DNA of 64,000 nucleotides from an uncultured Verrucomicrobiae bacterium (lineage in GTDB: Bacteria > Verrucomicrobiota > Verrucomicrobiia > Chthoniobacterales > Chthoniobacteraceae): positions 32,001 to 96,000 of the forward strand of contig CAWHEP010000001.1 of the NCBI GenBank assembly GCA_963828525.1, in the 5' to 3' direction. The notes under the pieces were generated by a model. It did no database searches. It saw only the letters and a list, made by a program, of their open reading frames with translations, and was not told the DNA's origin. Position numbers and translations under genes: made by a program. Numbering within the stretch: position 1 is the first letter of the stretch; each line of letters starts with the position of its first letter. Positions 50,824 to 60,980 of this stretch are shown here, one piece after another.

Positions 50824-51636
50824 TCACAGATCAGCCTTCATCAGTCTGCGGCAGATGAGAGCGGCGAAAAGCGCGATGTAGGCGAGGGAAGCCAACTCGG
50901 CTTCCAGGGAGGAGAGCGGGTTGCCTAGTCCGGTTTGGACGATGTGGTTCACCGCTTCCGGAATGGGGAGTGGAGTCAGGGCCCCCAATGAATGGTTGGG
51001 CAGGAAGAGGAGGAGGCGTGTCTTAGCGACGCTGAAATAGAATATCCAGCGGAACGCGGTTTCGAAGACGAATACGTACGCCACATAGGCGACAGTTGCC
51101 ATGGCGCTCTGACGAATGAGGATTCCGAAAAGCGTGCCGAGGAGCAGGTAACCGAGGGACTGCAGGAAATACGAGAGGATACTCCCGAACAGGGGAGGCC
51201 CGCTGATACCGTCCAGGTGACCCTCGAAAATCGCCAGAAGGATGTAAACCCCGGTGGAAGCGAGGGCAATCGCGACAAGCCAGACCCCTTTTGACAAAGC
51301 TATTTCCAAGCGTGTGAGGCCGAAGATGAGGCTCTGGCGCAGGGTGCGGTTGCTGAGCTCCATGGTGACCATGGAGATGCCGAAGACCCCGAGTAAAAAG
51401 ATATTCAGCCAGCTTCCGATGCAGGCAAGCACCTGCCAATTCTTAGGGTACTCGAACAAACCCTCCAGCGGATGGGAAGTCGTTCTGCCTGTGCTGAAGG
51501 TCATGTGGTGACCGGAGGCCCTGGCAAGGTAAAGGATGAGGGCGAACGAACCGGCATAAAGAAGAGCGACAACGCGGAACGTCCAATTCGGCGCGTATTT
51601 CTTCCACTCCAGACCAAGCAAGAGCCATAGTTTCAT
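50824..51636 (-). CDS. ABC transporter permease
   Basis: About 6 TM helices; ELSNRTLRQSLIFGLTR; overlaps ATPase stop. Confidence 0.8.
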   Translation of the reverse strand: MKLWLLLGLEWKKYAPNWTFRVVALLYAGSFALILYLARASGHHMTFSTGRTTSHPLEGLFEYPKNWQVLACIGSWLNIFLLGVFGISMVTMELSNRTLRQSLIFGLTRLEIALSKGVWLVAIALASTGVYILLAIFEGHLDGISGPPLFGSILSYFLQSLGYLLLGTLFGILIRQSAMATVAYVAYVFVFETAFRWIFYFSVAKTRLLLFLPNHSLGALTPLPIPEAVNHIVQTGLGNPLSSLEAELASLAYIALFAALICRRLMKADL

Positions 51637-52520
51637 GAGCGGGTGATCTTGAGGAATTCCATTTCGAGGCTTTGACGTCTCACCACAAGGTGGTCCAGGG
51701 TAACGTCATGTTCGAATGCGAGGCGGTTGAGTTGCTCCGCCGTCGCTCCCGGCGCGAGCTCAAGACATAGGCGATTTTCCGCGCGAGTGATCTTTCGGAC
51801 GAGTGCCGAAGCAGAGAAGACTTCAAAGAGGGCGTCGATCTGGATCGCCCCAGCTTCGATGGTGGGCTGTTCGCTCAGAATTGCGCCAACTGACCCAACG
51901 GCAAGGAGTTTCCCTTCCTTGAGGATGGCGACGCTCGAGCAAATTTTCTCCACTTCATCCAAGAGGTGGCTGGCGAAGAGGATGGTTTTGCCTTGCGAGG
52001 CGATTTTCTTGATTATGTGGCGGACCTCGACCATTCCCTCCGGGTCCAGGCCGTTGGTAGGTTCGTCGAGGATGAGCACGTCCGGATCTCCAACCAAACA
52101 GGCGGCGAGGGCGAGGCGCTGTTTCATGCCAAGGGAATAGGTTTTGAAGGGGGATCGGCGCCGCTGCTTTAGTTGCACTAGATCAAGAAGCGCGTCGAGA
52201 TCGCGATGCGAGACCTGTTTGATAGCGGCAACCAGGGACAGATTCTGATCGGCGTTGAGATACGGATAGAAGTTTGGGGTTTCGAGAAGAGCGCCGATGC
52301 GGCGCCGGGGGTTGGAGCCTTCCTTGCCTTCGAACCACGTAAAACTTCCGCTTGTCGGGCGGAGAACATCCAGGAGTAGCGCGAGAAAAGTGGTTTTGCC
52401 GCTGCCATTCGGGCCTAGAAGGCCAAATACCTGTCCCGGTTCAATGGTTAGGTTCAACCCCTGGAGCGCGACTAAACGGCCGTAACTCTTGCCAAGATTG
52501 GTAACTGTGAGAACGGACAT
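51633..52520 (-). CDS. ABC transporter ATP-binding protein
   Basis: GPNGSGKTT, YSLGMKQR, ILDEPTNGLDP, SH. Confidence 0.95.
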   Translation of the reverse strand: MSVLTVTNLGKSYGRLVALQGLNLTIEPGQVFGLLGPNGSGKTTFLALLLDVLRPTSGSFTWFEGKEGSNPRRRIGALLETPNFYPYLNADQNLSLVAAIKQVSHRDLDALLDLVQLKQRRRSPFKTYSLGMKQRLALAACLVGDPDVLILDEPTNGLDPEGMVEVRHIIKKIASQGKTILFASHLLDEVEKICSSVAILKEGKLLAVGSVGAILSEQPTIEAGAIQIDALFEVFSASALVRKITRAENRLCLELAPGATAEQLNRLAFEHDVTLDHLVVRRQSLEMEFLKITRS

Positions 52521-52624
52521 TGGAGGACTTTAAAGGGCTATGCGGCGGAGCAGGGGAAATTACGACCGAGTCTGGCCGCCACCCTAGAAAAGGCAAGGTC
52601 TGAGATACCCGCCGAACAGAACGA

Positions 52625-53236
52625 TTAACGTGACCGCCTTACAAGTCCAACCATGACGCCCTGAGATACAAGTTCCCGGGCAGGAACAAGATCGGGATAC
52701 TTCGGATTTTCCGCTTTCAAATAGGTTCTGGAGCCGTGGACCACAAACCGTTTGAGAGTCGTTTCTTCGTCGATGAGGGCTGCGACAACGTCGCCGTTTC
52801 GGGGTTCCCGATTCTCGAGAATGACGATGTCACCGTCGAGTATATGCGCCCCGATCATGGAGTCGCCTCGAACCCTCAGGGCGAACTTTGCTTGTGCGCC
52901 AGAGGAACTGACTGCCGAGGCGGCGATCGATATGAACCCTTCCTCCTGTTGTTCCGCATCGGCAGCCATGCCGGCCGCGATACGACCGTAGATGGGTATG
53001 TCGAGAATCTTCTCCCGCTTCAAAGCGGAAGAAATAGCTACAGCGCGCGCCTTGCCCGCCATCCGGAGAATAACGCCTTTACTTTCCAGAGCGCGAAGGT
53101 GATTCATTGCGGCCGTCTGGCTTGCGAACCCAAAATGTTCCTGAATCTCGCGAGTGGAAGGCATCACGCCGGTGGAAGCGGAACGCTCCTCCAAAAAATC
53201 CAGAACTGCTTGCTGACGGGAAGTAAGGTTGGACAA
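52625..53236 (-). CDS. lexA: SOS repressor LexA (TTG 53236 preferred over ATG 53251)
   Basis: LTSRQ..PSTREI HTH; IAAG cleavage site; GDSM; TLKR. Confidence 0.95.
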   Translation of the reverse strand: MSNLTSRQQAVLDFLEERSASTGVMPSTREIQEHFGFASQTAAMNHLRALESKGVILRMAGKARAVAISSALKREKILDIPIYGRIAAGMAADAEQQEEGFISIAASAVSSSGAQAKFALRVRGDSMIGAHILDGDIVILENREPRNGDVVAALIDEETTLKRFVVHGSRTYLKAENPKYPDLVPARELVSQGVMVGLVRRSR

Positions 53237-53250
53237 TGTTCTTATGAACA
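53237..53250. promoter_or_regulatory. LexA (SOS) box, Verrucomicrobia type, overlapping a likely -10 element
   Basis: Perfect TGTTC-TTAT-GAACA; minus-strand TTTACA-N16-TATGTT promoter overlaps it. Confidence 0.85.
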
Positions 53251-53296
53251 TATGCAGACACGCAAGGTTGTAAACAGTTTTGTGCGTCTGTCAGCG

Positions 53297-54397
53297 TTAG
53301 ATCGTGGAGAAGCGGAGAGTGAGCTGATGTGCCGCATCCGGGCGTGCCACCGCGAAGCGGACGCCAAGCCCCATCAGGCGGATGCTTTTGGGGCTTCTTG
53401 AGAATCCTTCCTTCAAGAGCTGCCGATATTGTAGAAGATTCGGATAATCGCCAGCGCGCTCAACGGTGGTGCGTGAGAAATCCGCGAATTTCAGTTTCAG
53501 GAAAAGCTTGTGAATGGGAGGGCCATCCTCGCGACGATTGAGGTCACCGAGAAGTTCTTCAAAAATCTCGGTGAGGCGTTCCTCGCATTGTTCCAAAGTG
53601 GTGAGGTTGGTGTCGAACGTCCGCTCGGTTCCGAGGGATTTGCGCGCCCGCCGCGGCTCGACAGGGCGATGGTCGATGCCCCGGCAGAGGGCATGGAGTT
53701 CCAGTCCGAATTTCCCGAAAAGACGATGCAGCTCGATGGGTGAATATGCCTGCATCTGGCCGCACGTCTGGATGCCGTGCCTGCCCAGCTTGGCGGCGGA
53801 AACATGGCCAATCCCCCAAATCTTGCGGACTGGAAGATCTTGCATGAAAGGATGCACAGCTTCGGGAGGGACTTCGTATTGGCCGTTTGGCTTATTGAGG
53901 TCGCTGGCGATCTTCGCTACGAGCTTGTTAGGCGCAATGCCTGCGGACGCCGTGAGCCCGGTGGTTTCGTAGATACGTCCCCGGACTTCTGCCGCTATTG
54001 CGGCGCCGGGGTAGGGGAGATGGGACACATCGAGGTAGGCCTCGTCCAAAGACAACGGTTCGACGGCCTGGGTAAAATGAGAGAAGATGGCTCTGATTTT
54101 GCCAGATTCTGCCCGGTAGATATCGAACCTCGTGGGAAGGACAATCAGGTGAGGGCATTTCTGAAGGGCCATGAAAGTCGGCATGGCTGAGTGAACGCCA
54201 TACTTCCGCGCCTCGTAGTTGCAGGTGGTGAGAACTCCGCGCCGGTCACGCGACCCGCCCACAGCGACTGGCTTGCCCGCGAGGCTGGGTTGATCCCGCA
54301 CTTCGATGGCAGCGTAAAAGCAATCCATATCGAGGTGGATGATCTTGCGCGGAAGCGGGTGCTTTGGGTCCGCATGTAACACCGTCGCGGCGGGCAT
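53297..54397 (-). CDS. dinB: DNA polymerase IV
   Basis: IHLDMDCFYA, YEARKYGV, SLDEAYLD, KIASDLNKPNG. Confidence 0.96.
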   Translation of the reverse strand: MPAATVLHADPKHPLPRKIIHLDMDCFYAAIEVRDQPSLAGKPVAVGGSRDRRGVLTTCNYEARKYGVHSAMPTFMALQKCPHLIVLPTRFDIYRAESGKIRAIFSHFTQAVEPLSLDEAYLDVSHLPYPGAAIAAEVRGRIYETTGLTASAGIAPNKLVAKIASDLNKPNGQYEVPPEAVHPFMQDLPVRKIWGIGHVSAAKLGRHGIQTCGQMQAYSPIELHRLFGKFGLELHALCRGIDHRPVEPRRARKSLGTERTFDTNLTTLEQCEERLTEIFEELLGDLNRREDGPPIHKLFLKLKFADFSRTTVERAGDYPNLLQYRQLLKEGFSRSPKSIRLMGLGVRFAVARPDAAHQLTLRFSTI

Positions 54398-54509
54398 GGC
54401 TTCTGAGAGTCTACGATGTGGCCGCAGTCCGCGCGAATCGAGGGATGAACACGAAAACTTTGTTTCGGCAGTGTTGCGTTTCTGGGGGGGAACCTCTATC
54501 TAAATCACG

Positions 54510-55307
54510 GTGTTTTCCCGGAAAATCGCAGTTCTCGTTTCGCTGTTCTTCCTCGCCTTCCTTTGCGATTCAGAGGCAAAGACGAAGCATCACAAGCCCC
54601 ATTCCACGCATACCAGCGCCCACGGCAGATCCAAGGGGCGCCATCACGCGTCGACTGGGCATTCGAGGGGAGGACATTCGCGACATCGTGGCCGTTCAAT
54701 CAGGGGGCCGTCATATAGAGTGGTATCCGGAACAAGCTATCGCGAAGTTTCGCGGGCGGTCGCGCGGCCCTTTTCGACCGTAGTGATTGACGCGGGCCAT
54801 GGCGGCCATGACGCGGGAGGCATACCCAGCAACCTTGTGCCTGAGAAGGGGGTGGCGCTGGATGTAGCCAGGAGATTGCAAGGCCGCCTGAGCCGCGCGG
54901 GGATACGCACGGTGATGACGCGAAGCGACGACACGTTCATTCCGCTGCCGGAGAGGGTCGCGATCGCGAACGCGCAAAGCGCGGCCGTTTTCGTGAGCAT
55001 CCACTTCAACGCCGGGTTGCGGCGCGAGGCGAGGGGTTTTGAGACGTATTACTCCTCGCCAGAAGGCATCCCCTTGGCCTCTGCCATCCAGCGGCACATG
55101 CTCAGCGTGGTGGCAACCGAGAACCGCGGGATCAAACCGGCGGGTTACTATGTGTTGCGCAAATCGAACATCATCGCGGTGCTTGCGGAGTGCGGATTTC
55201 TCACAAATCCGCAGGAGGCGCGCCTGGCCTTGAGCGCGAATTTCCGGGAGCGAATGGCTGAGGAGATTGGCGACGCGATCATCACGTATAAACGCTCGCT
55301 GGATTGA
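54510..55307 (+). CDS. N-acetylmuramoyl-L-alanine amidase (Amidase_3) with His/Arg-rich N-terminal region
   Basis: Signal peptide; DAGHGG, PEK, SIHFNA, LAECGF. Confidence 0.92.
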   Translation: MFSRKIAVLVSLFFLAFLCDSEAKTKHHKPHSTHTSAHGRSKGRHHASTGHSRGGHSRHRGRSIRGPSYRVVSGTSYREVSRAVARPFSTVVIDAGHGGHDAGGIPSNLVPEKGVALDVARRLQGRLSRAGIRTVMTRSDDTFIPLPERVAIANAQSAAVFVSIHFNAGLRREARGFETYYSSPEGIPLASAIQRHMLSVVATENRGIKPAGYYVLRKSNIIAVLAECGFLTNPQEARLALSANFRERMAEEIGDAIITYKRSLD

Positions 55308-55346
55308 GCAAAGGTTGCTAGAAAGCCCGAATAAAGAAGCGGCGAT

Positions 55347-55511
55347 TCAGGTCTTTTTCTTCGCCACTTTCATGTTATCCACCAGATTGGGGTAAGGCCG
55401 CCCGGCCTTTTTTGCGGAGGCTTTTGCTTTCTGCTTAGCGGCTGAGGAAAGTTTCGTGTGTGAGGCCTTCTTTGGCGCGGGTTTGTCCCATGGTGCTTTC
55501 GGCTTTGTCAT
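55347..55511 (-). CDS. 54-aa basic protein absent from ORF track
   Basis: MTKPKAPWDKPAPKKASHTKLSSAAKQKAKASAKKAGRPYPNLVDNMKVAKKKT*; starts 7 bp after udgX-fusion stop. Confidence 0.7.
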   Translation of the reverse strand: MTKPKAPWDKPAPKKASHTKLSSAAKQKAKASAKKAGRPYPNLVDNMKVAKKKT

Positions 55512-55518
55512 CTATTGT

Positions 55519-56934
55519 TTAACGCATCGCGGCAGCGACGAGACGCAAGTCAGCCACAAAATGCGTGTAGTCGCGCGCGCGTGTTTCTTCATCCGGGGCC
55601 CGCAGCAGCGAGGAGGGGTGCACGGTGATGAAAGTGAGATCGCAGAACTCCGAGGGCTTGAACTCGCCACGATCTCTGAGCACGCGAGCTTGCGGTCCAA
55701 AAACGGTCTGAGCGGCGGTGCTGCCGAGGCAGACAACCACCTTTGGCGCGATGATTCGCATCTCGGCTTCCAGCCAGGGGCGGCAGGCAGCGACTTCGCG
55801 CGAAGAGGGCTTCTTGTGCAAACGGCGCTTGCCGGAGGGTTCCCATTTGAAGTGCTTTACGGAGTTGGTGACGTAGGTTGTCTGGCGATCAATACCAGCC
55901 TCCTGGAGCGCCCGGTCCAGCAACTGTCCGGCCGGCCCAATGAAAGGGCGGCCGGCCATGTCCTCACTATCGCCAGGCTGTTCGCCGATGAAAACGAGCC
56001 TCGCGGTGGCGCTGCCTTCACCGAAAACAGTCTGCGTCGCCTGCCGGTAAAGGGGGCATGCAACGCAGCCTTTCGCCGCTTCGGCTACCGTCGATAGGTC
56101 GCCGGTCGGTGGAAGGGCAGCGGCAAATTCACCGCTGCCGGGGTGGTTCGCGCGGCTCCTTGCCATCATGGAGTCTACGCGGGAAGGAGCCCGGTTCAAG
56201 AGGGCTGGGATGACCGCCGCCTCGGGCAGGTTCTTCCAATACTTCCGTGGCATCTCCGCCTGCATGGCATGGATCTTCACGCGCGCGGGATTGAAGATAT
56301 GTGAATAGTAGCGTATCCAGAGCGCCTCGGTTGCGTCCTCGGTGGGAGCTTCGGAACGGCTGACGCCATCCGTAAAAGTGAGGTTCTTCCCATCCCAGTG
56401 GACACAACGTTCAGGAGTGAGAATAGACCAGCGCATGGAAGCGAAACGGTCTACGAAGAAGGGAGCGTTGCTTTCGACGATATGATGCTCCGGTTCGAAC
56501 CAGGCTACGTACCAGGTCGCTCCTTCGTGCTGAACAGCGCGGAATCGGACGAAAGCGCGCATTTTGTGAACGGCCAATCGCACGGCCTTGTCCATCCGCA
56601 TAAGACGATGGATGTCCGGATCGACAATAAGCTCCATGAGATGACGTTCGCCGTGTGTGATCCGCCATAATACCCGGTATAAAAGCGCCCAGCGTTCAGG
56701 ATCCGCGTGACAGGAGGCCCGTCTCGCGACCTCCAGAAAATCCTTTGGTACCTTCACCGGGCGCGCGGTCGCGGGCGGAGGCACGACAACTTCCTCCGCG
56801 ATGCCCAAGGACGGCTGCTGGGCGCATAGCTCCTGCCAAAGTATCTCCTGAGGCTCCCATTGGGCCTGAAGAGCGCGGCGAGCCGCTGTTTGCCAGGCCG
56901 CGAACGCCGGGGCAAACGTGATCTGTTGAAGCAT
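55519..56934 (-). CDS. udgX: DUF4130 (TIGR03915-like) + UdgX uracil-DNA-binding protein fusion
   Basis: HKMRAFVRF, WFEPEH, YWKNLPE; CVACPL, GEQPG, VKHFK, KRRLH loop, HPS. Confidence 0.88.
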   Translation of the reverse strand: MLQQITFAPAFAAWQTAARRALQAQWEPQEILWQELCAQQPSLGIAEEVVVPPPATARPVKVPKDFLEVARRASCHADPERWALLYRVLWRITHGERHLMELIVDPDIHRLMRMDKAVRLAVHKMRAFVRFRAVQHEGATWYVAWFEPEHHIVESNAPFFVDRFASMRWSILTPERCVHWDGKNLTFTDGVSRSEAPTEDATEALWIRYYSHIFNPARVKIHAMQAEMPRKYWKNLPEAAVIPALLNRAPSRVDSMMARSRANHPGSGEFAAALPPTGDLSTVAEAAKGCVACPLYRQATQTVFGEGSATARLVFIGEQPGDSEDMAGRPFIGPAGQLLDRALQEAGIDRQTTYVTNSVKHFKWEPSGKRRLHKKPSSREVAACRPWLEAEMRIIAPKVVVCLGSTAAQTVFGPQARVLRDRGEFKPSEFCDLTFITVHPSSLLRAPDEETRARDYTHFVADLRLVAAAMR

Positions 56935-56960
56935 TGAGGGCAGCGCGAGTCGACGCGACT

Positions 56961-58208
56961 TTATAGCTGCCCGGAAAAGACGCTGGGATTGGGAGCGAAG
57001 AGTTCCAATTGCTTGCGCGGACGCGTACTTGTTGCCCACGAGATGCTGCCTACCTGCGCCGGATGGTGATCGGCAGCGATGATGAAAGGCATGATCTTGG
57101 TGAGAGGCGCCCGCAATCGCGTAAGGTCTTGCAGGGTTACCCGGTGCCAGCGCCGGATTTTAATGAGGCGGTCCACATTGCGAACGCCGAGACCCGGGAT
57201 TCGCAGGAGAGTTTCGCGACTGGCGGAATGGAGATCGATCGGGAACATCTCCGGGTGCCGCAACGCCCATGCGAGTTTTGGGTCGATGCCAAGCGGAAGG
57301 TCGGGTTCCTCCTCCGTTGTCAGTTCCTCCACCTTGAAACTGTAAAATCGGAGAAGCCAATCTGCCTGGTAAAGGCGGTGCTCACGCACGAGCGGTGGAG
57401 CGATGAGCGGGAGATTTTTGGAGGAGTGGGGGATGGGGCTGAAGGCGGAGTAATAGACGCGACGAAGCTTATGTTCGCCGTACAGTGACGAAGCCTGCGC
57501 GAGGATCTGTCGATCCGCGGTGGGTGTGGCGCCGACAATCATCTGGGTGCTCTGGCCGGCTGGGGAGAAAGGAGGCGCTTTGCGGCTTTCTCGCCGTTCG
57601 GCCTTGGCCTGCGTGATTCGATCCCGGATCTTGCCCATCGTCACTCGGATGCGCCCGAGATTTTTTTCCGGCGCCAATTTCTCCAGATCCTGCGGGGTTG
57701 GCAGCTCGACATTAATACTGATGCGGTCCGCCCAGCGCCCGGCTTCTGCGATGAGCTCCGCGGACGCCTCAGGAATGGTCTTGAGGTGGATGTAGCCTCG
57801 GAACTGGTGTGTCTCGCGCAGGGTTCGGGCAACCTTGACCACCTGCTCCATGGTATAGTCGGGATTGCGAATGATGCCCGAACTTAGGAATAGACCTTCT
57901 ATGTAGTTCCTTCGATAGAAGTCGAGGGTAAGATTTATCACCTCGTCTGGAGTAAAGCGGGCGCGCTGTACATCGCTGGAAACACGGTTAATGCAGTACT
58001 GGCAATCGTAGACGCAGAAATTGGTGAGCAGTATTTTCAGAAGGGACACGCATCGACCATCTGGCGTGTAACTGTGGCAAATGCCCGCGCCGGTTGTAGA
58101 GCCAATGCCGCCAGCCCGCGAATTCCGCTTGTTACTGCCGCTGCTGGCGCATGAGGCGTCGTATTTGGCAGCGTCCGCCAGAATAGCTAGTTTGGAAGCG
58201 ATATCCAT
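56961..58208 (-). CDS. Putative DNA modification/repair radical SAM protein (TIGR03916-like) with HhH tail
   Basis: AKYDASCASS, GICHS..DGRCVSLLK, CVYDCQYC, REHRLYQADWL, IPGLG. Confidence 0.92.
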   Translation of the reverse strand: MDIASKLAILADAAKYDASCASSGSNKRNSRAGGIGSTTGAGICHSYTPDGRCVSLLKILLTNFCVYDCQYCINRVSSDVQRARFTPDEVINLTLDFYRRNYIEGLFLSSGIIRNPDYTMEQVVKVARTLRETHQFRGYIHLKTIPEASAELIAEAGRWADRISINVELPTPQDLEKLAPEKNLGRIRVTMGKIRDRITQAKAERRESRKAPPFSPAGQSTQMIVGATPTADRQILAQASSLYGEHKLRRVYYSAFSPIPHSSKNLPLIAPPLVREHRLYQADWLLRFYSFKVEELTTEEEPDLPLGIDPKLAWALRHPEMFPIDLHSASRETLLRIPGLGVRNVDRLIKIRRWHRVTLQDLTRLRAPLTKIMPFIIAADHHPAQVGSISWATSTRPRKQLELFAPNPSVFSGQL

Positions 58209-58308
58209 TTAGAAAGCTACGAAGGTCGAAAACGAAAAGTTGCCAAGGATCGTATGGCATAGTCACACGAGGAGGCGTCTCCAATCGCAGAGCGCAGAGC
58301 GCCCGGCG

Positions 58309-59373
58309 TCATGCGGCTGTAGGAAACAGCGCTTCGACCGCTTTGAGAGCTTTTGCGTAGATGCGGTGTTTACCGCCTTGCGTGAGCTCCTGGTCGATGA
58401 GCGCGATCTTTTCCTCTTTGCCAGCAGGGAGAAGATAGTGTCGCTCGACAGCGTCGGGGAGGAAGAGATCGGCGTGAAAAAATTCAGAATCCGTCTCGCG
58501 CCCGAAGCGGAAGGAGGCATTGCCACAGTCGAGAACACAGTTGCTGATGGCGGGCCCTTCCTTTTCCAACAGCGTGACATTCACCTGTGCGCCGGCAACC
58601 GTTTGCAGGGTGTATTCGTTCCCGTCGATGTTGGAGAGTTTCCAGCCAAGCTGCGCCATAAGCCAGCCTATGAAGAGGACAGCCGTGGAGGTAAATCCTC
58701 GGCCGTGGGTGATCTCACATTTGGCGATCGAGTCAATGTAGGCAAGAGTCGACGGGTCATCAAAGAGTTGGGCGAGAGCCTGCCGGAGATAAAGGGCGCG
58801 AGTCCAGTTGAGATCGCAGAGGGTCAGGCGGGGGCCTGTCTTGGGAATGCAGTCTTCGAGATGGGTAAACTGGCTCTTCCAGTCGCTCCATGAAGCGCTG
58901 TCATAGATGAGGCGATCTACCCACGTGAGGAGTTGCTCATCCATGGGGTGATGGAATTCGCCCTGCCACCAGAGATAAAGCGGCAGGTCGGAGTCGAGGT
59001 GTGAGAAGATAATGTTTGGGAAGATGCTCTTTGCGTCTCCCTCCAGAAGAAACGAAATTTGCTCGCAACAGACTTGTTTGCCGCCCGCGCGGCTCATGTG
59101 ACAATGAGCGCTTATCCAGGCTTGCGCCCGATTGATCGTGGCGGCGGGATCAACAGCTATCACGATAGCCCTGCAGGCATGCTCGCGCGTGAACTCCGCG
59201 ACGAGTTGCGTATTGTCGACCATGGCAGATTCGCCCCGGCAATAGACCGCCAGATTCATGAGGGAAGCACGGGTGGAACTCCCATCCGCCTGCTCCCAGA
59301 GCTTTTTTAACTCCCTGTCAATCTGCCCGATCTCAACCGGCAAGCCGGGAGAAAAGGTGACGTCGCCAGCCAT
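58309..59373 (-). CDS. opcA: G6PD assembly/activator protein OpcA
   Basis: RASLMNL, HACR, VCCEQI, DLPLYLWW, DLNWTR; follows zwf. Confidence 0.88.
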   Translation of the reverse strand: MAGDVTFSPGLPVEIGQIDRELKKLWEQADGSSTRASLMNLAVYCRGESAMVDNTQLVAEFTREHACRAIVIAVDPAATINRAQAWISAHCHMSRAGGKQVCCEQISFLLEGDAKSIFPNIIFSHLDSDLPLYLWWQGEFHHPMDEQLLTWVDRLIYDSASWSDWKSQFTHLEDCIPKTGPRLTLCDLNWTRALYLRQALAQLFDDPSTLAYIDSIAKCEITHGRGFTSTAVLFIGWLMAQLGWKLSNIDGNEYTLQTVAGAQVNVTLLEKEGPAISNCVLDCGNASFRFGRETDSEFFHADLFLPDAVERHYLLPAGKEEKIALIDQELTQGGKHRIYAKALKAVEALFPTAA

Positions 59374-59382
59374 TGTCGAGAC

Positions 59383-60927
59383 TTACAGCCTTCTCCAGGA
59401 GCGTCCATCCCGCTGCAGGAGGTCGTCTGCCGCCTGCGGTCCCCACGACCCGGCGGGGTAAGGATGGAGTTCGGGCGGCTGCTCGGACTTGTGCCAGGCG
59501 TCTTCGATGTGATCGATGAATTTCCATGCGTTTTCCACCTCATCGCGCCGGGCGAAAAGAGTGGCGTCGCCGCTCATGGCATCAAGAAGGAGCCTCTCAT
59601 AGGCTTCTGGACTGGCTTTTCCGAAGGAGGTTCCGTAGTGGAAATCCATCTTAACCGGCTCGATCCGAATGGCGGCTCCGGGTATCTTCGCCTCCATTCT
59701 CAACGATATCCCTTCATCGGGCTGGATGCGTATGACTAGCACATTCTGGTCAAGCCGGGTCTCGCCTTTGTTGAACAGCACACCAGGAGCGCTTTTGAAT
59801 TGCACAGCGATCTCAGTACTTGATTTTGGCAGACGTTTGCCCACTCGCACATAGAAGGGGATATCGGCCCAGCGCCAGTTATCCACCAGGAGCCGTAGCG
59901 CGACGAAGGTCTCTGTGTTCGATTGCGGACTCACGCGCTCCTCCTCTCGGTAACCAACGACGTTCTTGCCGTTCAGAGCGCCGGCGGCATACTGGCCCCG
60001 CACGACACTAGCCGCGACGTCAGCGCCGACAATCGGCCTGAGCGAACGGATGACTTTCACTTTCTCGTCTCGAACACTGTCCGCGGTAAGGTCAGTGGGA
60101 GGCTCCATGGCGACCAGGCAAAGCAGTTGCAGGAGATGATTCTGCACCATGTCGCGCAAGGCGCCGGCTCCCTCATAGTAGGGACCTCGGCCCTCCACAC
60201 CAAGCGGCTCGCTGGCGGTGATCTGGACGTGGTCGATATACCTGTGATTCCAGAGTGGTTCAAAGATCGCGTTCGCGAACCGGAGCACCATGATATTCTG
60301 GGCCGTCTCTTTGCCGAGAAAGTGGTCGATGCGGTAAGTGTCTTTTTCGGAGAAGGTTCCGCTGACAATTGAGTTGAGTTTTTTTGCGGAAGGCAAGTCG
60401 GTGCCAAACGGCTTTTCAACCACAATCCGCGCCCAGCTCCCTTCGCGCGCCTTGTTCAACCCGCTTGCCTTCAGCTGGACAAGAATGTCCTCGAACTGGC
60501 TAGGCGCCGCAGCGAGGTAGAACAGGCGGTTTCCCCGCGTCCCGCGTTCCGAATCGATCTTCGTCAGCCGTTCGGCCAGCGCCTTGTAACCCTCAGCATC
60601 GCCGAATTCGCTACGGTGATAATAGATGCCCTGCGAAAAATTCCCCCAGAGTTCATCGCGAACAGTCTGGCGGGAGAACTTCCTGACAGCGTCGCCGACT
60701 TCCTGACGAAACTCCTCGTCAGTCTTTTCCCTTCTGGCGAAACCAACAACGGTGAGATCCGATGGCAGATCGCCATCCGCGGCAATGTTATAAAGAGCAG
60801 GAATTAACTTTCTATGAGTGAGGTCCCCAGTTGCTCCGAATATGACGACCGTGCACGGCTGTGGCATGGAGCGGCTGGATAGACCCTCTCGCAGAGGATT
60901 CGTTCTGTCAGAAGATGGTGTGTTCAA
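59383..60927 (-). CDS. zwf: Glucose-6-phosphate 1-dehydrogenase
   Basis: GATGDL, EKPFG, RIDHFLGKE, RDMVQNH, RIQPDE, AYERL. Confidence 0.98.
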   Translation of the reverse strand: MNTPSSDRTNPLREGLSSRSMPQPCTVVIFGATGDLTHRKLIPALYNIAADGDLPSDLTVVGFARREKTDEEFRQEVGDAVRKFSRQTVRDELWGNFSQGIYYHRSEFGDAEGYKALAERLTKIDSERGTRGNRLFYLAAAPSQFEDILVQLKASGLNKAREGSWARIVVEKPFGTDLPSAKKLNSIVSGTFSEKDTYRIDHFLGKETAQNIMVLRFANAIFEPLWNHRYIDHVQITASEPLGVEGRGPYYEGAGALRDMVQNHLLQLLCLVAMEPPTDLTADSVRDEKVKVIRSLRPIVGADVAASVVRGQYAAGALNGKNVVGYREEERVSPQSNTETFVALRLLVDNWRWADIPFYVRVGKRLPKSSTEIAVQFKSAPGVLFNKGETRLDQNVLVIRIQPDEGISLRMEAKIPGAAIRIEPVKMDFHYGTSFGKASPEAYERLLLDAMSGDATLFARRDEVENAWKFIDHIEDAWHKSEQPPELHPYPAGSWGPQAADDLLQRDGRSWRRL

Positions 60928-60980
60928 TGCGACAGAAGGTTAGCGGCAACGGCGCGTGAGTGGAAGCGGGAAAGGTGTGA

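Noticed and set aside
40386..56934. UdgX as self-protection against the deaminase toxin
   Set aside because: 15 kb apart; the radical SAM-UdgX operon is widespread on its own; nothing in the sequence links them
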